Positions 1 through 12,500 of a stretch of DNA of 64,000 nucleotides are shown here, one piece after another. The notes beneath the pieces were generated by a model, which did no database searches, was not told the origin of the DNA, and worked only from the letters and a program-made list of their open reading frames with translations. Positions within the stretch are counted from its first letter, which is position 1. Each line of letters begins with the position of its first letter. The DNA is from Catajapyx aquilonaris (lineage: Eukaryota): positions 124,001 through 188,000 of the forward strand of contig KZ537956.1 of NCBI GenBank assembly GCA_000934665.2. Reading direction: 5' to 3'. The position numbers and the translations under genes are program-made.

Positions 1-1822
1 ATATCATTAATCAAAGCTCCAGTTTATTCAGGGCCTTCACGCAACAACTTGGCTCAATATATGACCTGGAGTTCTGACTCACCCGGTATAATTAGGTTGA
101 GGATGATCGTGCCTGGGCATATTTTATAAGAGTTACTTTACAAAATGAACCGACGTTTTGAGAGGGACATTCCGACTAAGCCCTTGGTGTAACTGGCTCC
201 AATCCGAAAAGTAAGAGAAATTAGGAGCGAAAGAGGCTCTTCTTTCCAGCCTAGCGACAAGAATGATGACCTCGTCCCCAGAGCACATGAAAACGAATCC
301 TCCGGGACCCTCGACCACAATATTCGGGCGACGAATTCCCTCGCACTTCCATTGCAAATACTCGGGGCCCCAATCTTCCTCGTTTAAGTAATCACGTCAT
401 CTAGCCCGCCCTTGCAAAGTCCGCCATTCCCAGGCAAACTGCTGGCTGAAAATGGCGATTCCTGCTAAAATGACGCACCCGGAGGAATGAAAAAAACACA
501 TACATACACAGAGAGGAGCAGGGAAAAAAAAAAGTCTCTATTACATCTCATTCCCCTTCCGAACCTCTGATCATTTGACAAAAGGATGATTGAAAAAAAT
601 GTCGCAACGGCAGTGTTGGAAATAGGCGGGTTTCAAAATTAATTAACAGCAAACGCTATGCGTCAATTGGACTCTGACTTGTATACAACCCAATGGTTCC
701 CTGTGATTGATTGTTTGCCAATAACAGCCAATTTGACAACTTTAATTATGGAGGAATCACCAGTCATTGTCCCAATTTGTGAAATGTTACAGCAAGTAAA
801 TGCCCGGCCTTAAATTTATCACCCCGACGGTTTTTTTTCCACTCCAATTAGCGAAGAAAAGTCGGGTACATTTTGAAACCGGTGGCCGTAACTAGTGCAA
901 AAGTGGGCCTAGCACCACATAGGGTGACCGCAGTGTTAAATCGATCGCTGTGCCAAAACCAGCCAGGCAAATCCAAACAAGACCTTAAACCTCGGCAAAG
1001 TGACAAAATGGTGGCCACTTTAATTAAAGTCTCCACTTATACGAGGGGAGGCCCAGGGAGGAATAGGCAAAGCGAACGAAGAGAGAGCGAGGCTTTGCCA
1101 TGGGGTCCAAATTTAAATTATTGCTTAATTGTCTCCGCTTTATTTCATTTGCCTTCATTAGGCGAGGCTCTTTTGGAAGACTGAGCCCGGTTGTAGGCAG
1201 GGGACAACGCAGGTGGCTGGTCTCCCTGATCGTTCCCGTCTGTGGTATTTTAGCCCAAAATGGGAAACTACCCGCTTCATTGGAGCGACAAAAACAATTT
1301 GAGCCCGGTTTGCTGAAAACAATTACTCTGCATTTGGGTCTCGCCTTCTTAGACCCGTAAACCAAATCATCCCCCAGCAGGATTACCACTCTTCTCCTTA
1401 AAATCGTATTAACTGTTCCGGAGCGGCTGCTGCACATTACGCGCGCCACACAATTGCGTTTGGAGAGAGCAGCAGCTAGCAAGGTGAGAATTATATTTTC
1501 AACTTCGGATCTCCAGCTCATTTATTTCCAGGGACCCAGATAAAAGGAAACGTTTCCTGCCGGCGATGCATAATGCAGGTGACAAAATGAAGAGTGGCGT
1601 AGGCCCAAGAAGGCGGCAGACACGCAAGGCGACCGGAAAAACGGGCGGAGTTTCGCACAACACAGTCAGAATCGCCACCACTCGATAGATTGGTTCAACA
1701 CAAGCCGAAAATGTAGGGGCGAGAAATGTACATAAACCAACCGGTAATGACTTAAGAGTCTTAGACGACTACAAAGTTGTGTCATCTTCGATTCGCTCTT
1801 TTTCCGCATCGGTTCACGGCGC

Positions 1823-1852
1823 CACCAATAATCTACCAATATCTACCAATAT
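1823..1852 (+). repeat. Short tandem repeat, 10-bp unit ATCTACCAAT (2 full copies plus partial copies)
   Basis: Sequence reads caccaata atctaccaat atctaccaat at. Confidence 0.8.
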
Positions 1853-3417
1853 AGTCCAGCACTGTACGCACATTATGTTCCACGACGAGATGCTGTTTTC
1901 TACGTATTTCTCACCCTGCATTTTAAGCATCTGACCCACTGATACTGTAAATATGCGCCTCCAGAGGGCGGTAAAAATTGTCTCCGTGGAACCTGTCACA
2001 TGAGGGGGGGTCAACTCCAACCAGGTGTGGCCGGAAGGATAAATGGAGAGAGGCCGAGTGCTCAGGGCGGGGATCGTCTGGTCATAATGGTCGCGGTGGG
2101 AAAATCCTAGGGATAAGAGGTTTTCAAATGTCACTCCGTCCGGCCTAATGGACTCCCCCCTTTTCCACCCATTCCATTCATGTCATGGCCAAGGATGACT
2201 TTCTTGATAATCCATTAAGTTCGGGTCGGAATAATGCGGTTTCCCTGCCAGGAGGGAAAAAAAACCGTTCCTAAAACTTGGGATTCCATCAGGCTGGTAT
2301 TCCTGGTGACGAAGCCGACAATAATTACACGGCAACCGGATTTTCACACGTGAATAATCGAACCCTCCGGAATTTTAGCGTTGCGCCAAACTTGTAATTA
2401 CACAACTCCGACAAACAAAGCGAACCCGTGCCAATAAGTTAACTCTGGTTTTCTCAGCCTCCCCCAGTCCTCAAGACTGGTTGCGGGGAAATTAACGACT
2501 CCTCATCGTGCCATTAGGCTGCCAAAGATTCCGGATAATCTGAAGGAAATGGCACTTGAATGGAAATACCCCGGATTTGCCATAAAAAACTGGTTCTTAA
2601 ATGGCCTTCCAAACTGTTAACAAACCTTAATCAAGTGCTTCCATTTTGCTCGAATGAAACAGAAAAACCTGGCCCTATTTAAGGTGTTCGTTTGGTCGTA
2701 ATTATAATTTCAGCTAATTTCTTTCGCAAAACCAGGGCTCCATCTACAGGCGCACTCAGTTACCTATAAGAGCAACAAAGGGTGGCCATTAGGGGCTGAG
2801 TCATGTGATGGAAGTATGGCCGCCTGGGCCTCCCCATTTCGCCTTTCGCTAATACGGATTCTGATACTTGCATTATGCAAAAATCTGGCGATGAAGAGTT
2901 TAATCACAATGGAAGCCTATACTTACGAGGCATTAATAAGGCGGCAAACTCTGGTGCAAACAACCCGAGCCCGCTGAGCTTATAACCTGGGTCGCCATTT
3001 CCCCATGGCGTTAAGGAGATAACTCCAAACCCCATTTCCTACCTTCACTCTCTCTCTAGCCTAGGTTCGTTACCAATTTCACCCAGGATGTACCATCTCC
3101 CACTCATTTTTTTTCTTCTTTTCCAAGTTGTTCCGGCGACACTCTCTGGCTGGATATAGCAAGTAAACAAGAATAACATGTTTTCCAGGCTGGGTGCCCC
3201 CAAAATGAAGAAAGTCCACCCGCTGCGACTCGCATTTTTCTTTCAAAGGTCCTGGTAATGGTCAGGGGGAGGCGTTATGGTGGCCCCGGCTGATTAATGT
3301 CTTATGAAAAGTTTCACGCGTCGCCTAGGCCAGCCACGTGCCTTGTACAGGGTCCTTTTGGATTGAATGTGATACTGGTAGCTGCTAGGAACTTTCCTGG
3401 CCAGATTTGTTTCCTGG

Positions 3418-3436
3418 AGTCAGTCAGTCAGTCAGT
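3418..3436 (+). repeat. (CAGT)n tetranucleotide microsatellite, ~4.7 units
   Basis: Sequence reads agtcagtcagtcagtcagt. Confidence 0.85.
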
Positions 3437-3862
3437 GTCTTGCTTCGCCACGACACAAACGAGGCGATAACAATTACCGGAGGCCCCCGGAATTCCTTCC
3501 GCGCCGAGGGCTTTTCCGGACTGATTTTCCAACCCAGCCCAATTTTTCACCGGAGGCCCCGCCGGAATAAATTGCTGCTCCGCTGTTTCCGGGACCAACA
3601 GCATCAGTCAAACGATAGGGACGCAGGTGCCTGGAAGCCCCGGCTCATTCGGATTGCCTGGGAAGGACTCGCCTGTTGTCAATTACCAGCTAAAGGATTG
3701 ACTTAAACCGCCAACCTATAATGCAGAAGCAGGACACAGAACTGGAGGAATCGAGTCTTCGGCTATAGGCACGAGTGAATGGCCATCATTTAGAGTCGGG
3801 CATGCTTTTGGCGCAGCAAAGACATGCCAGACACAGCTCTGCGGAAGAATGGAAGGGAGGTA

Positions 3863-3876
3863 GTTGCCATGGCAGC
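3863..3876. promoter_or_regulatory. Candidate RFX X-box
   Basis: GTTGCCATGGCAGC is 13/14 identical to the palindromic X-box GTTGCCATGGCAAC. Confidence 0.4.
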
Positions 3877-6845
3877 AGCAGAAGCAGCAATAACGAAGCC
3901 CCGGACGGAAGCCGCAACCCATCGCCAGAGGGTGGGGCTCCCTCTCTCCTTCTCTCTCTCTCTCTCCATTCAATGTAACCTGTTCAAATAAGCAAGTCGA
4001 GGCCTCCGGCGCCTCCGCGGTTACTACTTCTCCATGAAAACGCGGGTGGGGAGGGAGTGAGGAAAAGACCCGGAAAATCCTTGGAAGGAGGACGCACTTT
4101 CTGGGGAGGTGGCTTCCAGAGATCAATGTTTGTTAAGCTCTAAGAAGACTCTGGCGAGTGTTTGCTCCAATATTCGCAAACACTGGAAAGGCATGATGCC
4201 GAGCTGTCTCGCCTCAATTTTTTTTGGCGAATTTTGGCGTGGAATAAGGAAGAAGATGCTAACCACGTGTGGACCTCTTCTGGGTTGCACTGCATCAGGT
4301 TCAGGTGTCTAGGGGAATCCGCAACATCTGCTGACAACTACTGACTTCTTGCAGATCCTGGTGAAACAGGGCTTGAAATTCGGGGGAGTCGGAAGCACTC
4401 CAGTCACGGGGACACCATCATCATCCGGCTTTCCGCACAAATGGGTGTGAAATCCTACCTATCCATCCCAGTGCACCACCACCCAAAGCAGCATTGTTTA
4501 GCAGCATACATACAGCTTCACCCTTCCAGCATCATGACAATATATACACCGTCGGATAATTCGATTCCGAGTCCGCCATCGCCACTCTCCGATTGCTGAC
4601 TGCAACAACTCTGTTGCTGGTTATGAGCATAAACAATGCCATATTCGTATCATTCCGGTGCATTTAACTTTTTGGCCACGTTGTGTCAGGAGCAGAAGCC
4701 ACCCTCTCCCTCTCCCTCCCTTCCCCCCGCCATTGTGTCATCGCGTTTCTCCTGGGCTTTATGCACACACAAAGAAACAGGCGGGGTAGGGCTTCCTCAC
4801 GCCGGTTCCGACCACGGGTATATATATACACACACACCGCTCGACATCGGTCCACATATTCGCGCCCACACACACATGCAGCACTCGCCGGAATGAATGA
4901 GCTTCCAGTCCGCCAACTCTTTTGTCTGCCTACACTCGGACATGAATGGTGATGACAGGGACGCAGGGGCTTCCTATATGTGTTCTCCGTTTACCACCAC
5001 CACTGTTGCACACTTTTCACTCCTAATGCACCCAAAACCCACGCCGACTAGCATGTGTAAGACACATTGGTCACTCACAGTCGGGGTCGACACTTGGTAA
5101 GAGTATTGCACTTGATGCTATAGCTAGTTTAGCAGGTACTTTCATCAACAGCAGACCGTGAACCTGGTGGCAACTCGCCCCCTACTGTATACATTAAAAA
5201 TCAGAATTTGGGATTCATTTCACGCAAAGCCTCTCCTGGTGGCAACTCCCAAAAAAAGGTCCCCCAACTTCTTCCATTTCGTCCAGAATTCAATGGAGTT
5301 TTCCCGAGAGAGGTCCTTCCCCTCCTCCCACTCCTCAGCCAGCGCCAGATTTCCTGGGACTTTTTCCACAGAATATCATCTCTGGACCCCCCAAACATCG
5401 ACACCACTATTCTCGCCCGGGCTCTGAGCGATTCCATGCGAAAATTCAAACGCCGCCTAGGGCCCAAGAGGTGCTGAAGAAAACTTGTGCAGGTCATGTC
5501 CCCTTTCGTTGAAAAAAAAAAGTTCCTCTCAGCCACAATCTCGAAGTACCTGCAAGTTTCCTCATTTTCATCGCTCTTGCTGGAGATTAACAATTACAAA
5601 CCGTTTCATTACTTTCTAATTTCCTTGGCCTTCCCCACGCCCTAATTCGCTTAGCAGCATCACAAGTGGCGCTCCGAATAAGAAGCGAGCTGAGAGGGTT
5701 TGGATAAAAAACGGCGCCAGAGAAGGAAATAAGCAGCGGTACTAATGCAACCTTGGCCCCTCCTGGTCTCCTCGTTAACCTTTCAGCACAGCGCCTCTCT
5801 GCCGAGTTACCCCCGCTGTGTCTGGATCTCCCTCTGCCAACCGAGTCCCGTCCGAAAATTACATTAATTGGGGGGTGGCCCCACCGAGCAGCAATGAAGC
5901 CCCCCGGGACACGGGGCCCCCCACCATCCCATGCCGCCGAATCTGCAACATGGACACGGCCGTTGGAAAGAAGGCTCGCTGGGGTGAAAGCACAGTGTTG
6001 TAGAATCAGCTGTGGGATCAGGTCATCTCCCCTGACCCCACAGTCACTCTAATAATACATATAAGTTGACCTAGCCTCCATTTGGGCTCATGACAAACCA
6101 GGTAGCCTCACCACGTCCCAATCATCGCCATCTCTCGTCAAGACTGCCAACTCGCAATGTATATCACAGTGTAAGTGAACTCTGCAGCACCCTGTGCCTC
6201 GAAAAAGAGAAAAGAGGGAGAGAAACTGCAGTGAGCAATAAGTTAGAAGTCCCAATCCCCCCTACTCAATTTGGTGGCCATTTGTGCTCGGGAAAGCGCG
6301 CCGGCACAATCACCCGTCAGATTGCACTTTTGCCAACGAGTCTGACCGAATCCCTACGATTGGAGGATCGGAAGCAAATCGGTCACGATGAGAAGCCAGC
6401 CTCATCCCTGTGCTGCTGTATATAGGATTCAACCATCCAGTGAGAAAGGGAGGAAAAATTGGGCGAATCTTTTGGCTCTCTCTCTCTCTCTCATTCATGA
6501 TGATGTGAGTTCTAACTCTTCCCATAGATATATCCCTGGGATTTGTGGGCGGGGAGGGGGAGGAAATAAGGCCACTACTATTCCCACCTGTATCCGTTCG
6601 AAGGTTCGAGCGGCTTGCATTATCTAAAGATGGCGGAAGGTGGAAACGGCCCAAGTGCTATCAGACTCAATCTTCTCAAACCTCAAGGAGAAGAAGAGGT
6701 AGAGTGAGAAAGAGGGGGAGGGAGAGAGGGAAAAAACTATATACTCTCAAGGAGGGTGGATGGGTTAGCGTAGTCTCACTTTAAAGAAAGAAGGAAGAGG
6801 GGGGAAAAAAAGCTATCGTGAGGCCTAACAGCGTTTCAATTCCGA

Positions 6846-6891
6846 CCAATCCTGCTTTCCAAAAGTAACCATAGCAACCAATGGGGATTGG
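6846..6891. promoter_or_regulatory. Candidate RFX X-box flanked by three CCAAT boxes
   Basis: GTAACCATAGCAAC at 6865-6878; CCAAT at 6846-6850 and 6878-6882; ATTGG at 6887-6891. Confidence 0.45.
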
Positions 6892-7835
6892 GAAGAGAGA
6901 GGGGCACTGCGAGAAGAAAAAAATATATCTATCAATGATGGGCTCACCCTGTATTTTTGCAATCGTGTTCTTAGGCTGGTCGACTTCTTTTTCTACAAAC
7001 TATACGCCTACAAAATACATCCCATCAACTGAAATGATTTCTTCCAAAACTTTCAATTCTCTAAAAAAACGCCCATAATTTAAAGTAACCTGTAAGATCA
7101 ATTTTTGTAAATTTATCCACGGCCCCGTGCATTACATATGGAAAAGCCTATCCAGTATAATTTTCAATCAAGAAATGATATCTCATGCATAATAACAACA
7201 GAACCCTAATTGCACTCTATGAATCATAGAGCGAGTTGAAAGCTACAAATATGAGAACTAACTTATTCATCACCACTCCTGCAGCCGTGTCACCATTTCC
7301 GTTGGAAGTAGGGCCTATTAAAATTCATTCATCCTGGATGTAGCAGCATTCTCTCTTTCTAAAAATAATGTTGCCCCTGCTGCAAAATTGAGGAAATTGC
7401 ATTACAAACCCGGGGCCACAGGCTGAAATAGGTTTGAAGCAGGAAGTCCTCGGGCTTAGGACTCAAAATCCGAAATTATATTCCAATACTTTTACGACGC
7501 ACAAATTTTTTTCCCCTCTCTTCCAACAATGCTCCCCAGTGCAGGGGTTAAAAAACAGATTAGTTGGGTGCCCAATGACGCATGCGTAATATCCAGACGA
7601 CGTTAACATGTGACAATAAAAGTCTGCTTTTTCTCTCTCCCCCGCCCCCCCTACGAGAAGGCCTTATGAGAAAATCATACCCTTTTTGAAAGCCATCTTT
7701 TTTCTGGTCCCATTTCTGCCGCTGGCATTTATAGGCGACCGTGTCGCACCCATCCTGAACCCTCTACCAGAGGCGTTAGGAGAACCATTTATTTTTTGTC
7801 ACCCTCGCCTATACATTTATTTTTTTCTTCCCCCC

Positions 7836-7836
7836 N
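7836..7836. other. Single-N assembly ambiguity at the end of a poly-C run
   Basis: Sequence reads cccccngatc. Confidence 0.95.
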
Positions 7837-8156
7837 GATCCATGTGTCCCCTCACACCCTCTTTTCTGCCGTCCACAGCTCGACATGACCGATCGCCCCT
7901 CGCGTCGTTTACTTTAGAAAAAAAACAGGTATGGCAAAGGGACGACAGGACCAAAGAGCGGTCATTATATGCGGTTGTGCAAACACGGGGGTTCCCCGCA
8001 ATGCAACCTAGCGGTTATGTCGTTGGTTCCCTACTATAGTAAAGTTTGCAAGGTAACAGTCTGCATTTTCAATTTTTTGGTTTGTCTTGGGACAGCCTTA
8101 TTTTAATCTTGGCTTCAGGATGAAGTTCAGGGACAGCAATATGCCGCTGTGGCATT

Positions 8157-8169
8157 CCCCCCCCCCCCC
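8157..8169 (+). repeat. C13 homopolymer
   Basis: Direct count of 13 C. Confidence 0.95.
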
Positions 8170-8409
8170 TTTCCTACCTCAAAAAAAATAAAGAAAATAA
8201 AAAAAGGGAAATAAATCTCGCGCCACTTGGAAAATCAAGCCCAGCGATCTGCTTGTAGGAAATCATGTCGGAGGGCGACGAAAACGAATTGTACAAGTCA
8301 GAGCGGCCGGTATAAATCCATCTCCGTAGGCAGAAACAGGCGAGGCAGGACTGGCCTAACTAACCCGCCACTCTGATGAATGGACATTCGGCCCGCCGGG
8401 ATACAGGAC

Positions 8410-8489
8410 AAAAAGAAGGGAGAAAGAGAAACGGAGAGATAGAGAGAGAGAAGAGAGTTAGAGAGAGAAGAAGAGAGGAATAAAAAAAG
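8410..8489 (+). repeat. GA-rich polypurine low-complexity tract
   Basis: About 80 nt of almost pure A/G with (GA)n runs. Confidence 0.85.
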
Positions 8490-9225
8490 CGCAATGGGGC
8501 CCCAGCCTGGCCATGCAGACAATACGGCTTCTAGTTCTGGAAGACGTTCGCAGTATAAAGAATGGGGCCTTTCAAATTAATTCAACTCGGCCCTTGACAT
8601 TAACAGGACCAACTGGATTGCTTTGACTTTACTGCGGACAGGAGGAAGACCCCGGGCCCAAATGTAGCTCCGACTATTTCAAACCCACTGGCCAAATTCA
8701 CAGGCGCCGTTTTACGAGGGTCCCGCATTGTACGTGTCTCACAAGGCGTCTACAGCCTGGTATTCATGCCTAAGTCACTCATAAAAATGGGATTTTGTAG
8801 CAAATAAATTAATACAAAAAAACAAATGATTATGTCAAGATGTGTGTTTGCGAATTGGATGAGCTGTGCATATAAATGTGCTTAACAGTCTGTTTGCATA
8901 CTTTGGCTCCCTGGAAGAGGGAAAATATAAGCTGGGAGATGAAGGCACCAGATAGGCCTTGGCTGGTGAGTGGCTTTAGCTTTTCCCCCTCTCCCCTATT
9001 CCCTCTTCCCTCGGGATTTGTAGCTATTATGAAAACTGCCGAAAAACGGGAAAAGCTGCTCCGTTGTTGTGATGTCCTACGACCCTCTTGTTTTGAAAAC
9101 AAAGGCCCACGGAATTGGGAGGCGGGAGGATTTTTTCCGGTTCAAAGGGATTGGGACAAAGCCACGGATTCATTAGCCTGACTGTGTCTCTCTGCAGGGA
9201 AGGACACCATTTCAGGCTACAATGC

Positions 9226-9246
9226 TATATATATATATATATATAT
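9226..9246. repeat. (TA)10 microsatellite
   Basis: 21 nt of alternating T/A. Confidence 0.95.
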
Positions 9247-9484
9247 GCAACTCTGGTTACGGATCTGAATATCTATATCCCAATTTGAGAGATTGACTTT
9301 GTCACATTTTCCTCTTTTCTTTTCCAATTTTAGGGGAGGGTGTGGAAGGAGTCCGCTTGCCAAGACAAAAGGCTAGAGTGAAAACTTTGCTCCCTCGACA
9401 GAGTCCGTTCTAATTGGCTCCTGCAGACTCCTCTTAGAAACCCGCCGTCAAGTGTGAATTTTCCACCCCTCTAAGAGCTCTCTT

Positions 9485-9524
9485 GGGGGGTCGATGGGGG
9501 GTGGAGGGGAGGGGGGAGGGAGGG
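9485..9524 (+). other. Potential G-quadruplex-forming sequence
   Basis: Six runs of 3 or more G separated by short loops. Confidence 0.6.
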
Positions 9525-12500
9525 CCAAGAAAAGGAACTTTGGCGGAATTGCGTAATTTTTGGGGACCGACTGGGAAAACGCATTATCACCACTTGGTCG
9601 GAGGCTGCTGCGAATCGACGGGGACCAGAATTCGGCAGGATTTTAGAGAAGGGGACGCTCCAATAGAGAAAGCATGATTACATTTCGAAAATATGCTGCA
9701 AATATATCAGGATGTACTGTACAGGCCTTATCTGTATTGTATGAGAAACATTCGAATGTACTTTCATGCTGGTGAAAAATATTTGTCATCATTTTGTTAA
9801 TGCTCCCAATTGAGTCGACTGCTCAGTCCAGTTCTCAGATTAAGCCGTGCAAAACAGCACGACAGGAGAACCCCCTCGACACAAACGGCATAGTTTAACT
9901 TGCAAATACCCTGTCCGGAGCGGGAATAAATCCACATCAGAGGAGACACCGCTCCTTTAAATCACCAATAGTGACTAGTGTCCTGGGGGCAGCCAATGGT
10001 GAGTGGACGTGCATTAATAGTGAGAATCACGCAGGCCACCAAGTGCCTCCATGTCACTAGGAACAGCGGGGGACATATCTCCTTCTTGGAATGCATATAA
10101 GGAGGAGAGACCCACACCAGGGCGGTCCCCTTAAGACTGTATATATATTCCCCCAACTCTTCTGTGCCCAGAAGGTCGAATGAATTCCAGATCGTTCATT
10201 GCTTGATTTATCGCTTTCTTACACCTGCTTTGGGCCAGAACCTGCCCCGGCCATATTGCCACGTTCTCTGTCCCGCAGCTTGTATGCAAAAAAGAGAGAA
10301 AAAGGCCCCACCGTTTCTCATTCCGCATCACGCTAATTGCCCACCGATGACATTGTTTTAATCACTTTTTTTTACCCCCCTTCTCTCTATCTCACTCTCG
10401 TGCAGAAAAATTGCGTGTCAGGACTGCTGGGTCTGGTTTTATTTGGCGTCTCGCTACTAAGGCGCAACCTGATTAGATTTGTCAGCCAGCAGCATAAAAT
10501 ATTTACCTTCAACAACAGCCATGAAACTAGCGTGCTCCATTTTTTGGGGACCTCAACTAGCTGCTTGTGTGCTAAGCTTGACAAAAATCGAATAGGATCC
10601 GAGAGCGGGCCCTTTCCACATGAATCTCTACAGACTGTACATAATACCTGTGGGAGTCGTCAGGTGAGTCAAAGTGGCAATGTAGCCTGAGACCCCCCAG
10701 CTCTCATCCGTGAAACACAAGGCCAAGGTGGCCTCGCCTCCTATGATGGCAGGCAGGCCCATCCCTCCCCAGCACCCACCCCCGCTCGTCTCTCCTCAGC
10801 ACAAGGCAGGTATAGCAAGCCCAGAGAAAGGAATTCCATGGCTCGCAAACCATGCCCCGCTTTATTATTGCACGCTCCGGCTCACTCTTTCGGCCGCAAT
10901 TGCCAACTTGCTCATGGAACCAAGATGATTACACCGCTGCTGCTACCAGCTGATGTCGTCAAACGTGCGGACTTCTTTTCTTTTTCTGTCTTCCTATACT
11001 GTATGGTAGTACTGCACCCACCCTCTTTTGCCGTATATGGAGACAGTCAGCTGGAATTCCCTTACCATCTGTTGAAAACAAAGACTCAGCCAAGACAATG
11101 ATTAATATCGTTGCGTCATCCGTTCATGTGTGGCTGTGGTTGTGTAGCGAGGGAACCACGCTGGCACACAGTTAGTGGTGGATTAATAACATTTTTTGGA
11201 TATTACAATTGCAACTTAATGCATGTTGAAATCTGCACAATGTTGCATGACCTGGCCCGATTTTCAAATTATACACATACTGCCCGAAAAGTACAGTACA
11301 TTAAGCATTAAAATATTCATGCGCAAATTTTTCGGCTGTTCAGTATTTTTAAACTCTGTGTTTACACACCACACTGCGGAGAATTATTATTATTTAAAAT
11401 TTTCAATAGGCCGTTCAGAGGAGGCAAGCAGGCGAAAACTGAAGAGGAAAAAAAATCGGGCAAGTTCAGCCCAAGTTTTTCAGTTAATTACTCCTCCAAA
11501 GTCAGCTTCGGAACAAACGTCGCACAGTGAGGCAGTGTAGTTCATTAAGGAAATCGTATAGAAATTAATGACTTCAACTGTAGGATGCCTTTTCAGCTCA
11601 TGAAGGCCAGAAAAAAGACGTTCTAAAAACGAAATCTCACAACTATAGCTTTTAGAATTCTCCAAGAGCCAATACGGTGTCTTCCGAATTTTATGGCATA
11701 ATTTGGCCACTAATGATTTAGGTTTTCGCAACATGTCCTCTTGACCCTCCGAACCGGATGCCATCCATTTCCGATAGGTTGGACCGGAAGAAATAACCGT
11801 TTAATGGCCAAAAAGGTTCGCATCCCTCCATTTGATTCGATTATCAATGTAGGTCAGTTTTAAATTCGTGATGCGGATATGTTACACTGCACACCAGCAA
11901 AAATAGCGCAGTTCTACAGCACCGTGCAAAAAAAAACCCTGCATTATTACATTGCGTTGTCGGTGCATACGGCTCCTTTTTTCCGGAAAAAGCAGCAGAT
12001 GTTGTTGGCAAAAAAAAATAAGCGCACAAAACTTGAGAGGTTGGGCGTCATCTCTGGCGCCTAGTGCGGCCATCCAGCGAATTATTTTCAGCTGCCCGGG
12101 TCATCGGGCGGTGCAAAACGAGCGAGTATTCGGAGGCCAACTGTGCCCTAAGTGTTCTTTTTCCTGCATGAGTATACAGCAAAAAGGAACAAAAAAAAGA
12201 GAGGACGTGGTGTATATATGCAGGTATAGCTCCCAGTGGTCCGTTGTAAGGCGGGGGACGATTGGTCCCAGTTGCGGCGGCCATTCGCCAAGTCGTGCCG
12301 GGGCTGGAGTGGCCCACTTCGGACCCCTTCCCTGCCCCTCTCCTCCCTCAGAAAACCTGCGAAATGCATTCCGGGCCAAACTCCTTCCGCTGGCTGTCGA
12401 GGCCTCAACTCTGCCCATGGCCGTCTTGGGGGCCCTGCACTTAACGCTTGTTATTAGATCCGCGTTATTTATTGCCCGTTGAGGACACGGCCGGATGAAG

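Noticed and set aside
1566..1688. Small + ORF containing PRRRQTRKATGKTGGV, reminiscent of a histone H3 tail or homeodomain N-arm
   Set aside because: Similarity is limited to a few basic residues, and a stop follows with no histone fold or homeodomain.
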